A stretch of 64,000 bases of DNA from NCBI GenBank assembly GCA_049510745.1, contig JBEKYR010000001.1, positions 124,392 to 188,391 on the forward strand, written 5' to 3'. How positions within the stretch are numbered: position 1 is the stretch's first letter; each line of letters begins with the position of its first letter. Both the position numbers and the translations under genes were made by a program. Under the pieces are notes generated by a model. That model was not told the DNA's origin and made no database searches. It saw only the letters and a list, made by a program, of their open reading frames with translations. This DNA is from Verrucomicrobiota bacterium (GTDB lineage Bacteria; Verrucomicrobiota; Verrucomicrobiia; Limisphaerales; Palsa-1400). Below, in pieces: positions 46,075-56,150 of this stretch.

Positions 46075-48081
46075 TCAGAATTGCTCCGACACTTCCATCC
46101 CGACCAGGCAGACATCGTCGGAAAACTCGTGGCTGGCGGAGAAGAGCTGGATTTCTCCCAGCATGGCGGCGAACATTTCCGCGCCGTGCAGCGCGGCGTG
46201 CTTGCGCACCGCTTCCAACAAAAGGTCCTGGCTGAATTGCGCCCCGTCCTTCCCCTCCACCTCGTAAAGGCCGTCGGTGAACAACATCACCAGGTCGCCC
46301 GCCGCCAATTCGCAGGAGGCCGTCGGATAGATCGATTCGGCGAACAATCCCAGGGCGGGGCGGGCCTTGCCGTCGGCGTTTCTGAGCACTTCCACCGTGC
46401 CCTTGAGCCGATGGATCAAAAAAGGCTTGGGATGCCCGGCGTTGGAAAAGAGAATCTGCCGCCGCTCCAGGTCTGCCACCAGGTAAAGGGCGGTGGTGAA
46501 CAACGGGGTGCCGGTCTGCTGCAGGATGGCGCGCAGATCGGAATTGATGCGTGTCAATAATTGCCCCGGGTCCAGGGCGATGGGGCGCAACTCCTCCACC
46601 AGGCCCCGCACCATGGCCGTGACCAGCGCCGAGCGCACCCCGTGCCCCATGACGTCGCAGATAAAGAGGCCGGCCTTGGTGTCGGACAAGGCCAGCACAT
46701 TGAAGAAATCGCCCCCCACCTGGCCGGTGGGATGATAGCGGTGCGAGAAGCGCAGCAGGCTCGACTCCTCGGCCACCCCCGGGGGGAAGGTGGGATATTG
46801 CTGCGGCAGGATGGCTTGCTGGATGTCGCGCGCCATTTTGAGATCGTCCTCGAGAATCTCGTTTTTCTTGCGCAACTCGGCCTGGCTGCGGGCCAGTTCG
46901 GCGTTGACCTTGCGCTCGCGCTCCTCCGCCTGTCGGCGCACGGTGATGTCCCGCACCACGCTGAGGAGCAACGTGCGCCCCTCCTCCGCCTCGATAAACG
47001 AATTGGACAGCTCGACATCGACCGTCTTGCCGGAGCGGAAAGAGAGGTGGCGCTCAAGCTGGCTGTCAATTTTCCTTTCCGCAAACCGCTGCTGGTACTT
47101 CTGCATCATTTCGGCCAAATCCTCCCTCTCGGAATAGATGGCGGTGTAGGGGCGTCCCACCAACTCCTCCGCCGGCAGGCCCACGATCTGGCAGAAGGCC
47201 GGGTTGACGGCGATCATGGTCCCCTGTTCGTCGGTCAGGCGCATGCCGTCGAAGGACTTTTGCCAGATCGAACGGAAGCGCACTTCCGAGAAGCGCAGTT
47301 TCTCCTCCGCCTCCTTGCGGGCGGTGATGTCCTCGACCATGCCCTCGAAGTACTGGATGCGCCCCTGGCTGTCGCGCACCGCGCGGGCATTTTCCGAAAT
47401 CCAGATGATGGACCCGTCCTTGCGGAAGACTTGCGACTCAAAATCCTGCACCACCCCGCGCTCCTGCATCAATTTGACGAATTCCCCCCGGCGGTTCGGG
47501 TCCACGTAGATCAATTTGGCAATGTCGCTGATCCTGGACATCATCTCCTCCGGGCTGCTGTAGCCGTAAATCCGGCTCAGGGCCGGATTGACATCCAGGT
47601 AGGTCCCCGCCGGCGAGGTCTGGAAGATGCCGGAGACGGAATTCTCAAAAATGCTCCGGTACTTCTCCTGCGCCGTCACCACCTCGCCCTTGAATTCCGT
47701 CCGCTCCAGCGCGTAAATGATTGCGCGCGTGATCAGTTGGCTGTCCACCCGGCCCTTGACCAGGTAATCCTCGGCCCCGGCGTGAACGGCACTGACGGCG
47801 ACGGTTTCGTCGTCCACGCCGCTGAGCACAATGATCGGGCGGCCGTTGGCGCGCGCTTTGACGGCGTGAAACGTGTCCAACCCCGTGCTGTCCGGCAGGG
47901 TCAAGTCGAGCAAGATCACGTCGATGTTTCCCGCCTCCAGTCGGGTCAGGCCGGCCGCCAGGCTGTCAGCCGACTCGAGTTGGAAATGCGTGCTCGTGAC
48001 CTTCTGCAGCGCCATCCGCAAAAACAGCACGTCGTCGGGGTTGTCCTCGATGAGCAGAATTTTAATGGTCTTGATTTCCAT
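46075..48081 (-). CDS. Response regulator (REC)-PAS-PAS-PP2C/SpoIIE phosphatase
   Basis: MEIKTIKILLIEDNPDDVLFL...DVILLDLTLPD is a REC domain. It is followed by two PAS-like segments and a SpoIIE/RsbU-type domain (ARDIQQAILPQ...GGDFFNV...CDVMGHGVRSAL). Confidence 0.88.
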   Translation of the reverse strand: MEIKTIKILLIEDNPDDVLFLRMALQKVTSTHFQLESADSLAAGLTRLEAGNIDVILLDLTLPDSTGLDTFHAVKARANGRPIIVLSGVDDETVAVSAVHAGAEDYLVKGRVDSQLITRAIIYALERTEFKGEVVTAQEKYRSIFENSVSGIFQTSPAGTYLDVNPALSRIYGYSSPEEMMSRISDIAKLIYVDPNRRGEFVKLMQERGVVQDFESQVFRKDGSIIWISENARAVRDSQGRIQYFEGMVEDITARKEAEEKLRFSEVRFRSIWQKSFDGMRLTDEQGTMIAVNPAFCQIVGLPAEELVGRPYTAIYSEREDLAEMMQKYQQRFAERKIDSQLERHLSFRSGKTVDVELSNSFIEAEEGRTLLLSVVRDITVRRQAEERERKVNAELARSQAELRKKNEILEDDLKMARDIQQAILPQQYPTFPPGVAEESSLLRFSHRYHPTGQVGGDFFNVLALSDTKAGLFICDVMGHGVRSALVTAMVRGLVEELRPIALDPGQLLTRINSDLRAILQQTGTPLFTTALYLVADLERRQILFSNAGHPKPFLIHRLKGTVEVLRNADGKARPALGLFAESIYPTASCELAAGDLVMLFTDGLYEVEGKDGAQFSQDLLLEAVRKHAALHGAEMFAAMLGEIQLFSASHEFSDDVCLVGMEVSEQF

Positions 48082-48129
48082 GTGGTCGCAGTGCCCAGGC
48101 ACTTGGCGCGGCGGCCTGGCAGGGCAAAG

Positions 48130-48480
48130 CTACCGCCACCCGCCCTGCACGAAGACATGGCGCCCGTTGCGATAGACGTACTGGTGGGCCACCCAACGCG
48201 CTCCCGGATGCGGCGGCCGCGCCCAGCGTCCCGTTTCCCATCGCCAATGGCTTCCGCCCCAGACCCAACACCCGTTAATCCAAACAAAGGCCGGCCCGGG
48301 CATCGCGGGGACCACCTCGACAATCGGCGCCGGCGGCGGACCGCCGACGTACACCTCGCTCGGCGCCGCCGCCACGACAGTTGCCGTGGGCGGCCCGGCC
48401 ACCTCCACCGTGCATCCGGCCCCCAAGAGCGCGCCCGTGGAAAGCAGCAAACCCAATTTTATCATCCTGGATTTCATCAT
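48130..48480 (-). CDS. Lipoprotein with YXWGXW-type repeats
   Basis: Lipobox LLGAGC. The C-terminus WINGCWVWGGSHWRWETGRWARPP...WVAHQY is typical of YXWGXW repeat proteins. Confidence 0.7.
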   Translation of the reverse strand: MMKSRMIKLGLLLSTGALLGAGCTVEVAGPPTATVVAAAPSEVYVGGPPPAPIVEVVPAMPGPAFVWINGCWVWGGSHWRWETGRWARPPHPGARWVAHQYVYRNGRHVFVQGGWR

Positions 48481-48591
48481 AATTAAGTTTGTTCCGAAAA
48501 AGCATCCGTCCCCCGCCGGCAATTGTCAAGGAATCGGACTGGCTGAGGCGCTTTGCTGCTGACGAAACGGGCCGATGGTCTTAGCATCCAG

Positions 48592-49722
48592 ATGGAACCT
48601 TTGAACGCAGCACAGTCATCTATCCCGAATTTGAAAAAATTCGCTCTCGATCTTCGGGCGCTCCTGCGCCAAAGCATCGGGGCGAACCTCCTGGCCGACG
48701 ACGGGCAATTCAATCGGCTGGCGCTGGCGCTTTTCGCCTGGCAACGCGAGGCGGTGCCCATTTACGGACAATTCTGCGAGCAGCGAAAGGTGCGCCCGGA
48801 TGCGATCGGTCATTGGAGCCAGATTCCCGCGTTGCCCACCGGCGCGTTCAGGGAATTCGAGGTTTCGAGCCTCCCGCCGGGCGAACGCACGCGCGTGTTT
48901 GAATCCAGCGGCACGACCAGCCAGGCGCCGAGCCGCCATTTTCACCACGCCCAATCGCTGGCGGTTTATGAGGCGTCTCTCCTGCCGTGGTTTGAACGCC
49001 ATTTTTTTGGCGCCCAATCCCCACCCATGAAACTGGTCTTCCTGACGCCGGAAGAGGCGCCGCATTCTTCATTGGTTCACATGTTCAAAACGGTGCGGCG
49101 CCATTGCGGCACGCCGGATTCAGTGTTTACAGGCTGGCTCCAGCCTGACGGCTCGTGGGGTCTCAACATCGAACAAACCCTGGCGATCGTGCGCGAAGCC
49201 ATTGGGGCAAATCAACCCATCGGCCTGCTGGGAACGGCCTTTTCGTTCGTCCATTTGCTGGATGCTTTGCAGGCGGGGGAGAAAAGCTTCGCGCTGCCAA
49301 AAGGGTCGCGTGTCATGGAAACGGGCGGTTACAAAGGACGCTCGCGCGAGGTGCCCAAAGCCCGGTTGCGCGCCATGATCACACGCCTGTTGGGCGTCCC
49401 CGACCCGAACATCGTCGCCGAATACGGCATGAGCGAGTTGAGTTCGCAGGCCTACGACCGGGTGGCGGCGGACGAGTTGCAGCCGTCGGGCTTTTTTGCG
49501 TTTCCGCCCTGGGCTCGCGCGCGGATCATATCCGTGGAGACGGGCGCGGAAGTCGAGAGCGGCAGAAGAGGATTGCTTCGCGTTTTCGATCTGGCGAATA
49601 TCTGGTCCGTCATGGCTGTGCAAACGGAAGATTTGGCCGTGGGTTATCCTCACGGATTCGACCTGCTCGGCCGGGCCGAGCGCGCCGCGCCGCGCGGTTG
49701 CTCGCTCCTGCCCGGCCCCTAG
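48592..49722 (+). CDS. LuxE-like acyl-protein synthetase / adenylate-forming enzyme
   Basis: FNRLALALFAWQREAVPIYGQFC...IPALPTGAFREF...FESSGTTS...ETGGYKGRSREV...EYGMSELSSQ pattern of the LuxE family. ATG at 48592 chosen over the upstream TTG. Confidence 0.75.
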   Translation: MEPLNAAQSSIPNLKKFALDLRALLRQSIGANLLADDGQFNRLALALFAWQREAVPIYGQFCEQRKVRPDAIGHWSQIPALPTGAFREFEVSSLPPGERTRVFESSGTTSQAPSRHFHHAQSLAVYEASLLPWFERHFFGAQSPPMKLVFLTPEEAPHSSLVHMFKTVRRHCGTPDSVFTGWLQPDGSWGLNIEQTLAIVREAIGANQPIGLLGTAFSFVHLLDALQAGEKSFALPKGSRVMETGGYKGRSREVPKARLRAMITRLLGVPDPNIVAEYGMSELSSQAYDRVAADELQPSGFFAFPPWARARIISVETGAEVESGRRGLLRVFDLANIWSVMAVQTEDLAVGYPHGFDLLGRAERAAPRGCSLLPGP

Positions 49723-49725
49723 CTC

Positions 49726-51123
49726 ATGAGCGATGCCACACCCATCACGGAGGCCGCCGCCCTTTCGCCTCTGCCCAACTACTTCCTGGCGGATTTGCCG
49801 CCCGAAGCCGAGTTGACCGGCGGGCTGATCACCGAGGCCTGCCAGACCCTCAAACGCAATCGCCGGCGTTTCCTGGAAGGACGTTCCACCGACAGCCTCG
49901 TCCGCCTCCTGGACGGCTTGGCGCGCGGCTGGCTGTCGGAAGATTCCTGCTTCCGCAGAATGGCTCTGGCAGCCGGCCCGGCGGCGACCGGCTTTTCCGC
50001 GCCGGTGCTCGCCAGCGGTCTGGATGCGTTTTTCAAAGAGTTGACAGCGGCGAACCTCGAATCCCTGCTCCGCCAGGAATTGGGGCACCCGCGGCGCCTG
50101 GACAATTTTTACTCCGGCGAAGACGAGCACGCCCCCCGGCGGGCGGCGCTGGCGCGGGGGCCGGAGCTGCTGGCGCAGGTTGCCCCGGGCAACGTGCCCA
50201 ATCCGGTGTGGATGGAAATGATTCTGGGCCTGCTCACCCGCTCGGCGCAATTCGTCAAATGCGCCTCCGGCGCCGCCTTCCTGCCGCGTCTGTTCGCCCA
50301 TTCCCTTTATGACGCCGACCCGAAGTTGGGGGCCTGCCTGGAAATCGTCCAATGGAAAGGCGGCGACGACGCGCTTGAATCCGCCCTGTTCGCCGAAGCC
50401 GACTGTGTGGTCGCGACCGGCAGCGACGAAATGCTGGCGGCGCTGCGCCAAAAGATACCCGCCGGGGCGCGTTTTCTCTGCTACGGCACGCGGGTGAGTT
50501 TCGGCTATGTCACGCGGGAAGCGCTGGAGCGGCAGTCGCGGAACGTGGCGCAAGAGGCCGCCGCCGACGTGACCGCGTGGAACCAACTGGGCTGCCTTTC
50601 GCCGCATGTCATCTATGTTGAAGACGACGGCGGCGCGCAGGGGGAATGGTTCGCCACGCTGCTGGCGGAGGCATTGGAGGCGCGGGAAAAGACGCATCCG
50701 CGCGGAGTCGTGGGGGTGGAGGAAGCGGCCGGCATCGCCCGGCGGCGCTCCTTTTACGAAGTGCGGGCGGCCCACTCGCCGGAGACCAAGATGTGGGCCA
50801 GCCCCGCCTCGACGGCCTGGACGGTCGTTTTGGAGAACGACCCGCGTTTCCAGGCCTCGTGCCTGAATCGGTTCATTTACGTGAAACCCGTGGCGAATGT
50901 CACCGAGGCGCTGCAAGGCGCCGAGATGGCGCGCGAGAAAATTTCCACCGTGGGCCTGGCCTGCGAGGAGGCGCAAGCGCCCGATCTGGCCCGGCAGTTC
51001 GCACGCTGGGGCGCAAAAAGAGTCTGCCCGCTGGGCCGGATGCAGAACCCGCCCCTGGGCTGGCGCCACGACGGACGCCCGCCGCTGGGCGATTTAGTGA
51101 CCTGGTGCGATTGGGAAAAATAG
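49726..51123 (+). CDS. LuxC-like acyl-CoA/acyl-protein reductase
   Basis: 465 aa. [28 protein letters not shown]...[15 protein letters not shown] resembles LuxC-family aldehyde-forming reductases. Starts 4 nt after the LuxE-like stop. Confidence 0.7.
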   Translation: MSDATPITEAAALSPLPNYFLADLPPEAELTGGLITEACQTLKRNRRRFLEGRSTDSLVRLLDGLARGWLSEDSCFRRMALAAGPAATGFSAPVLASGLDAFFKELTAANLESLLRQELGHPRRLDNFYSGEDEHAPRRAALARGPELLAQVAPGNVPNPVWMEMILGLLTRSAQFVKCASGAAFLPRLFAHSLYDADPKLGACLEIVQWKGGDDALESALFAEADCVVATGSDEMLAALRQKIPAGARFLCYGTRVSFGYVTREALERQSRNVAQEAAADVTAWNQLGCLSPHVIYVEDDGGAQGEWFATLLAEALEAREKTHPRGVVGVEEAAGIARRRSFYEVRAAHSPETKMWASPASTAWTVVLENDPRFQASCLNRFIYVKPVANVTEALQGAEMAREKISTVGLACEEAQAPDLARQFARWGAKRVCPLGRMQNPPLGWRHDGRPPLGDLVTWCDWEK

Positions 51124-51134
51124 ACGGCCGCAAC

Positions 51135-51509
51135 ATGGAACTGCGAAAGACATTTCAATTTGAAGCCGCCCACCTGCTGCCGCACCTGCCCAAGTCGCAC
51201 AAGTGCCGCCGCCTGCACGGCCACAGTTTCAAGGTCGAGATCGCCGTCCAGGGCGAGTGCGACCCCAGGCTGGGCTGGGTCATGGATTACGCCGACATGG
51301 CCGAAGCCTTCAAACCGATCTGGGCCAAGCTCGATCATTTTTATCTGAACGAAATTCCCGGCCTGGAAAATCCGACGAGCGAGAACATCGCCGTCTGGAT
51401 TTGGGAGCGGCTGAAACCCAGGCTGCCGCTGTTGACGGAAGTCATCGTGGCGGAAACCTGCACAGCGCGTTGCCTCTACCGGGGGCCGTCCGGCCGCGGG
51501 AAATCATAG
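51135..51509 (+). CDS. queD: 6-carboxy-5,6,7,8-tetrahydropterin synthase / PTPS-family protein
   Basis: [32 protein letters not shown] (Cys-x3-His-Gly-His) and DHFYLNE motifs. 124 aa, 11 nt after the luxC-like stop. Confidence 0.85.
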   Translation: MELRKTFQFEAAHLLPHLPKSHKCRRLHGHSFKVEIAVQGECDPRLGWVMDYADMAEAFKPIWAKLDHFYLNEIPGLENPTSENIAVWIWERLKPRLPLLTEVIVAETCTARCLYRGPSGRGKS

Positions 51510-51511
51510 TT

Positions 51512-54373
51512 ATGCGCCGCCGCCTCGCCTTCGCTTTCCTGGCCGTCATGGCGGCCCTGGTCCTTGAAACCTCCGCGCGGGGCGCGGCCTCCCCGGCGCC
51601 TGCTGTCAAAATCATTTACTCCCTGCCCGCCGGGGACAGTCCCGCCGGCGCGCTGCTCCAGGGGCTCAACGGCAGTTTCTACGGCGCCACCGCCACGGGC
51701 GGCGCGGGCAATTTCGGAGCGATCTTCGAGGTCACGCCCGGCGGCATCCTGACCAATCTGTACTCGTTCAACGGCGCCAACGGGGCGGCGCCGCTGGCGG
51801 GGGTGATCCAGGACGGCGCCGGCAATCTCTACGGCACGGCTTCGGGGGGCGGTCCGACGAACAAAGGAACGGTTTTTAAAATCTCGCCCGGCGGCGGAAT
51901 TTCCGTGCTGGCGGCGTTCTACGGGACCAACGGGGCCAATCCGCAGGCGCCGCTGGCGCGGGGCACCAACGGGTGGTTCTACGGCGCCACCTTCAATGGC
52001 GGGGCCAATGGAAAGGGCTGCATTTTCCAGGTGAACGCTGCCGGAGTGTTGAGCAATGTCTATTCGTTCAGCGGCAGCGATGGCGCCAATCCCGGCGCGG
52101 GATTGATGGCCGGGACGGATGGCTATCTTTATGGCACGACTGTTTACGGCGGCGCCAATGGGCTGGGCACGGTTTTCCGCCTCACCTATGCCGGCGCGCT
52201 GACCAATCTGGCTTCTTTTTCCAGCAGCAGCGGCTTTTTTCCCGGCGGCTTGGCCGAAGACGCGGGCGGAAATCTTTATGGCGCGACCGTGGACGGCGGC
52301 GCGAATTCTGCCGGAACGATCTTCAAACTCACCCCGCGAAACACCATCCAGACGCTGCTGTCGTTCAACCTTGCCAACGGTTCCAATCCCAACTCCCCCC
52401 TCGTCCTGGGCAGCGACGGCAATTTGTATGGCACAGCCCTGCAAGGCGGCACGAAAGGTTTCGGAACCATTTTCACCGTCAGTCCGTCCGGCCTGTTGAG
52501 CGATCTGGTTTCATTTGCCGTCACCAACGGCGCCTATCCGCATTCACCCCTGATTTTGGGAACGGACGGAAACTTTTACGGAACAACGGCCAGCAGCGCC
52601 AACAACTCGGGAGAGATTTTCCAACTCACCGGCTTCGGCCCCCACATCATCAAGCAACCCGCCAATCAGAAATGGGTCACAAACGGGAGCGCGAGTTTCT
52701 CGGTCAAGGCGGGCGGTTCGGCGCCCTTGGCTTATCAATGGCTCTTTGACGGTTCCGCCATCGCGGGTGCGACCAACTCCAGCTATGGCATCAAGCCCGA
52801 ACAACTGACCAACGCCGGCACCTACGCGGTGATCGTCAGCAATGCCAATGGCTTCGTCACCAGTTCCGACGCAGTGCTGGCCCTTTCCGCGCCGACCATC
52901 ACCATTAAAGCGCCGCCCGCCGTCGTCACCAGCAATTCGCTGACCCTCTCCGGCACGGCCGCGGACCGGTTTGGGCTGCAAATGGTCCAATGGCAGACCT
53001 ACCAAACCAACCTCGGCGGCACTTGGCTCACGGCGTCCAACAGCAATCCATGGTCCGCCCTTGTCACCTTGCAACCCGGAACCAATTTCTTTGCGGCCCG
53101 GAGCGTCGATCTTTTCAACAACTACTCCGTCATCAAGAAGGCGACCGTGTTTTATTCCACGCTGAGTTGGCTGACGCTGCAAACCAACGGCGCCGGTTCG
53201 ATCATTCCCGGTTTCAAAGGCTCCAATTTGGTCGTCGGCCGCGGCTATACAGTCCGGGCGGTTCCGGGCGCCGGCCAGTTATTTTCGAATTGGTCGGGCG
53301 CCATCTCAAGAACCAACAATCCGCTGGCTTTCACGATGCAATCCAACATGGTTTTGGCGGCCAACTTTGTGCCGAATCCGTTTCCCCCTGTCACCGGAAT
53401 CTACAACGGCTTGTTCTATGACACCAACAACGGCGTGGCGGCGGAAAGCGCGGGGCTGCTGGCCGGCTTGGTCGTGGGCAAACTGGGCGGTTACAGCGGC
53501 ACGCTCGTTCTGGCGGGCGTGCGCCACGGTTTGAGCGGCGGCTTTGGCGTGTCGGGCAACGCCAGCCACACCATCAATCGCTCCCGGACCCAGGGCGGAC
53601 CGCTGGTGGTGGACCTGACGCTGAATTGGAGCGTCACGCCGCCCCAACTCACCGGCTCGGTTTCTCCGTCCAGCGGCGCGTGGACCGCCGCCCTGTTCGC
53701 CGAGCGCGCGAGCAACACTCTCAATTCGGCGGAATACACGATGCTCCTCCCGCCCGCCACAAACGCGCCGTCCAACTCGCCCCCCGGCTACGGTTACGCC
53801 CTCCTGACCAACCACGCCGGAACCGTCACTCTCAGCGGCAGCGTCGCCGACGGCGCCGCCTTCAGCCAGACCGTCGCCGTGGCGCCATCGGGCGACATTC
53901 CGCTCTACGCCAGTCTCTACGGCAACACCGGTCTGTTGTTTGGCTGGCTTAATCTCAGCAACGGCTTGAGCGGAACCAATCTCTGGTGGGTCCGGCCCGC
54001 CTCCTTTTTCAATTTACTTTACAGCGACGGCTTTACCAACGCGGTCTCGATCTATGGCTCGCCCTGGACCAATCCGCCCATTGCATCGACCAACGGCCAA
54101 TTGACCATTGCCGGCGGGAACTTGCCGCAGACGTTGCCGTTCACCGTCGAAATCCTCAATGATCTCCTCCTGCCGCTCTCCGCCACCAACGCGCCGACCA
54201 ACTCGTTGACCGGCTCGATCAATACGAAAACCGGGTACTTGAAAGTGACCTTCGGCGACGGCAACGGCCGGGCCACGCTGGCGGGCAGAGGCGCCTTCCT
54301 GCAAAACTCCAATTTCGGCGGTGGATACTTCACCAACAAAACCAGCGCCGGAACAATCACCTTGCAGCCGTAG
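51512..54373 (+). CDS. Secreted Gloeo_Verruco (GloVer) repeat protein with Ig-like and InlB B-repeat-like domains
   Basis: Start at MRRRLAFAFLAVMAALVLETSARG. At least 8 repeats of the ...NLYGTxxxGGxxxxGTVFK(L/I)xPxGxxxxLxSFxxxNGxxPxxxL type, an Ig-like QPANQKWVTNGSASFSV...AGTYAVIVSN, and GYTVRAVPGAGQLFSNWSG. Confidence 0.85.
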   Translation: MRRRLAFAFLAVMAALVLETSARGAASPAPAVKIIYSLPAGDSPAGALLQGLNGSFYGATATGGAGNFGAIFEVTPGGILTNLYSFNGANGAAPLAGVIQDGAGNLYGTASGGGPTNKGTVFKISPGGGISVLAAFYGTNGANPQAPLARGTNGWFYGATFNGGANGKGCIFQVNAAGVLSNVYSFSGSDGANPGAGLMAGTDGYLYGTTVYGGANGLGTVFRLTYAGALTNLASFSSSSGFFPGGLAEDAGGNLYGATVDGGANSAGTIFKLTPRNTIQTLLSFNLANGSNPNSPLVLGSDGNLYGTALQGGTKGFGTIFTVSPSGLLSDLVSFAVTNGAYPHSPLILGTDGNFYGTTASSANNSGEIFQLTGFGPHIIKQPANQKWVTNGSASFSVKAGGSAPLAYQWLFDGSAIAGATNSSYGIKPEQLTNAGTYAVIVSNANGFVTSSDAVLALSAPTITIKAPPAVVTSNSLTLSGTAADRFGLQMVQWQTYQTNLGGTWLTASNSNPWSALVTLQPGTNFFAARSVDLFNNYSVIKKATVFYSTLSWLTLQTNGAGSIIPGFKGSNLVVGRGYTVRAVPGAGQLFSNWSGAISRTNNPLAFTMQSNMVLAANFVPNPFPPVTGIYNGLFYDTNNGVAAESAGLLAGLVVGKLGGYSGTLVLAGVRHGLSGGFGVSGNASHTINRSRTQGGPLVVDLTLNWSVTPPQLTGSVSPSSGAWTAALFAERASNTLNSAEYTMLLPPATNAPSNSPPGYGYALLTNHAGTVTLSGSVADGAAFSQTVAVAPSGDIPLYASLYGNTGLLFGWLNLSNGLSGTNLWWVRPASFFNLLYSDGFTNAVSIYGSPWTNPPIASTNGQLTIAGGNLPQTLPFTVEILNDLLLPLSATNAPTNSLTGSINTKTGYLKVTFGDGNGRATLAGRGAFLQNSNFGGGYFTNKTSAGTITLQP

Positions 54374-54424
54374 CGGCGGCGGCGGCGCCTTGCTTTTGCG
54401 GCGGGTTCGGGGTAAGGGTTAACC

Positions 54425-54646
54425 ATGAGCGTAACCGGAAAAGTCAAGAATGGCGTGGTTGTTCTGCCGCCGGGAACAAAGTTTCCGGAAGGCGCTGAGG
54501 TGAGAATAGAAACCGGTGAACCTGCGCCGCAAGACGATCCGTTCCTCGCCGCCGCGCTCAAAGCGGCCAAACCGCGCCCGCACTGGCCCAAAGACTACGC
54601 CCTCAACCACGGCCACTACATCAGCGGAGAACCGAAGAAATCGTGA
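54425..54646 (+). CDS. Putative antitoxin (VapB-like partner of the PIN toxin)
   Basis: 73 aa, MSVTGKVKNGVVVLPPGTKFPEGAEVRIE. Its stop overlaps the start of the PIN gene. Confidence 0.65.
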   Translation: MSVTGKVKNGVVVLPPGTKFPEGAEVRIETGEPAPQDDPFLAAALKAAKPRPHWPKDYALNHGHYISGEPKKS

Positions 54647-55041
54647 GCGTCGCCTTCGCCGACACATTTTTCCACCTGGCCTTGCTGCGGGAAGATGACC
54701 CGGCTCACGCGCGCGCAATGGCCAATGTGATGCTCAACCAGCCCATCGTTACCACCGAGTTTGTTCTGTTGGAGTTGGGCAACGCCTGCGCCCGCGCCGC
54801 GGACCACGCGGACTTTCTGGCGCTTGTCGCGGGAATGCGCGCCAGCCCGCGCGTCCGCATCATCCCGCTTGACTCGCGCTTGTTGAACCGTGGGCTTGAG
54901 CGCATGGCCACCCGTCCGGACAAGGATTGGTCGCTGACCGACTGCATTTCCTTTCTGGTCATGGAAGACGAGGACATCAAGGAAGCGCTAACGGCTGACC
55001 GGCATTTCGAGCAGGCGGGCTTCACTGCTCTGCTGAAATAG
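54643..55041 (+). CDS. PIN-domain toxin (VapC-like)
   Basis: 132 aa. FADTFFHLALL (first acidic residue), TTEFVLLELGN, SLTDCISFLVM and TADRHFEQAGF match the four PIN acidic and conserved positions. Confidence 0.8.
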   Translation: MSVAFADTFFHLALLREDDPAHARAMANVMLNQPIVTTEFVLLELGNACARAADHADFLALVAGMRASPRVRIIPLDSRLLNRGLERMATRPDKDWSLTDCISFLVMEDEDIKEALTADRHFEQAGFTALLK

Positions 55042-55123
55042 AGCGGCCCAGGGGCATTTATTCAGCGTCCATATCAAGTCAAACTATCCAAGTCTTTGGA
55101 GGCGATACGCCGCTCGGGCCTGC

Positions 55124-56119
55124 TTACGCCGCCGCGCTTCCCAAAATCTTCCGCGCGGCCTGCGCGACGCTCTCGGCCAGTTCGGGCGGCTGCACAACAC
55201 TCGCGTTGCCCGCCCACCCCAAGACCCACCGTTCCACTTCGGCCAGGCTGGAAAGTTTCAGGCGCAATTCCACGCCGCCCTCCGGCAACTCGCGCAATTG
55301 CTGGGACTCGTGCCAGCGCTTTTCCCGGATGTAGTCGGCGGCCAGTTCGTTGAAGCGCAACACCACCTCGAAATTTCCCTGGCCTGACTGCACGCCAAAA
55401 CTGTCGCGCAACCGCTTCTCGAGCGAAAATTTTTGCGGACGGGCAAAGGTCCTGCCCGTCGGCTCCACTGCCAGAATGCGCGCCGGGACAAAGGTGCGGA
55501 TGTCCCGCCGCAAATGGCACCAGGCGAAAAGGAACCATTCGCCGTTGATGTTGGCCAGGTGGTAGGGATCGACCACGCGCAATTCCGTGGCCCGCTGGCC
55601 GGGTTTGCGATATGTCAACTGCAATTGCGTGCGCTGTGCCACCGCCTTGGCCAGCGCGTCAAAGGTCTCCAGCTTCACTATCGGCTCCGCCCGCATCCGA
55701 AACGAAATGGTCTGTTCCCAGTCGGCGATGTTCAAGGAAACGGTGTCGGGCAGCGAGGCGGCCATTTTTTTGAAGGCGCTGATCAGCGGCCGCTCGAAGG
55801 CCGTGCCGCGATATTGCTGCAGGGCCTTTTCCGCCACCAGCAGCGCGAACAATTCGCCCTCGGTGATTTGCAGGGTGGGAAAAGCGCCGACCTCCTGGGT
55901 GTAATGGTAGCCCTTGTGCGCCGCCTCGTAGGCCAGCGGCAGCTCCAGACGGTCGCGCATGAACTCCAGGTCGCGGTGAATGGATTTGGTGCTCACCTCC
56001 AGGCTGGCGGCCAGGGTGACGGCGTTGGGATGACGGCCCGATTGCAGGGCCTGATGAATCCGCAGCATCCGCTCCAGCGGCGGACGGGAGTGGAGCGTCT
56101 TTTCAGGTTTCGCTTTCAC
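55124..56119 (-). CDS. HTH-WYL domain transcriptional regulator (YafY-like)
   Basis: N-terminal HTH RMLRIHQALQSGRHPNAVTLAASLEVSTKSIHRDLEFM and a WYL region VVDPYHLANINGEWFLFAWCHLRRDIRTFVPARI. Confidence 0.85.
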   Translation of the reverse strand: MKAKPEKTLHSRPPLERMLRIHQALQSGRHPNAVTLAASLEVSTKSIHRDLEFMRDRLELPLAYEAAHKGYHYTQEVGAFPTLQITEGELFALLVAEKALQQYRGTAFERPLISAFKKMAASLPDTVSLNIADWEQTISFRMRAEPIVKLETFDALAKAVAQRTQLQLTYRKPGQRATELRVVDPYHLANINGEWFLFAWCHLRRDIRTFVPARILAVEPTGRTFARPQKFSLEKRLRDSFGVQSGQGNFEVVLRFNELAADYIREKRWHESQQLRELPEGGVELRLKLSSLAEVERWVLGWAGNASVVQPPELAESVAQAARKILGSAAA

Positions 56120-56150
56120 ACCCGGTGAACGCTCGGAACGAAATCCGGGC

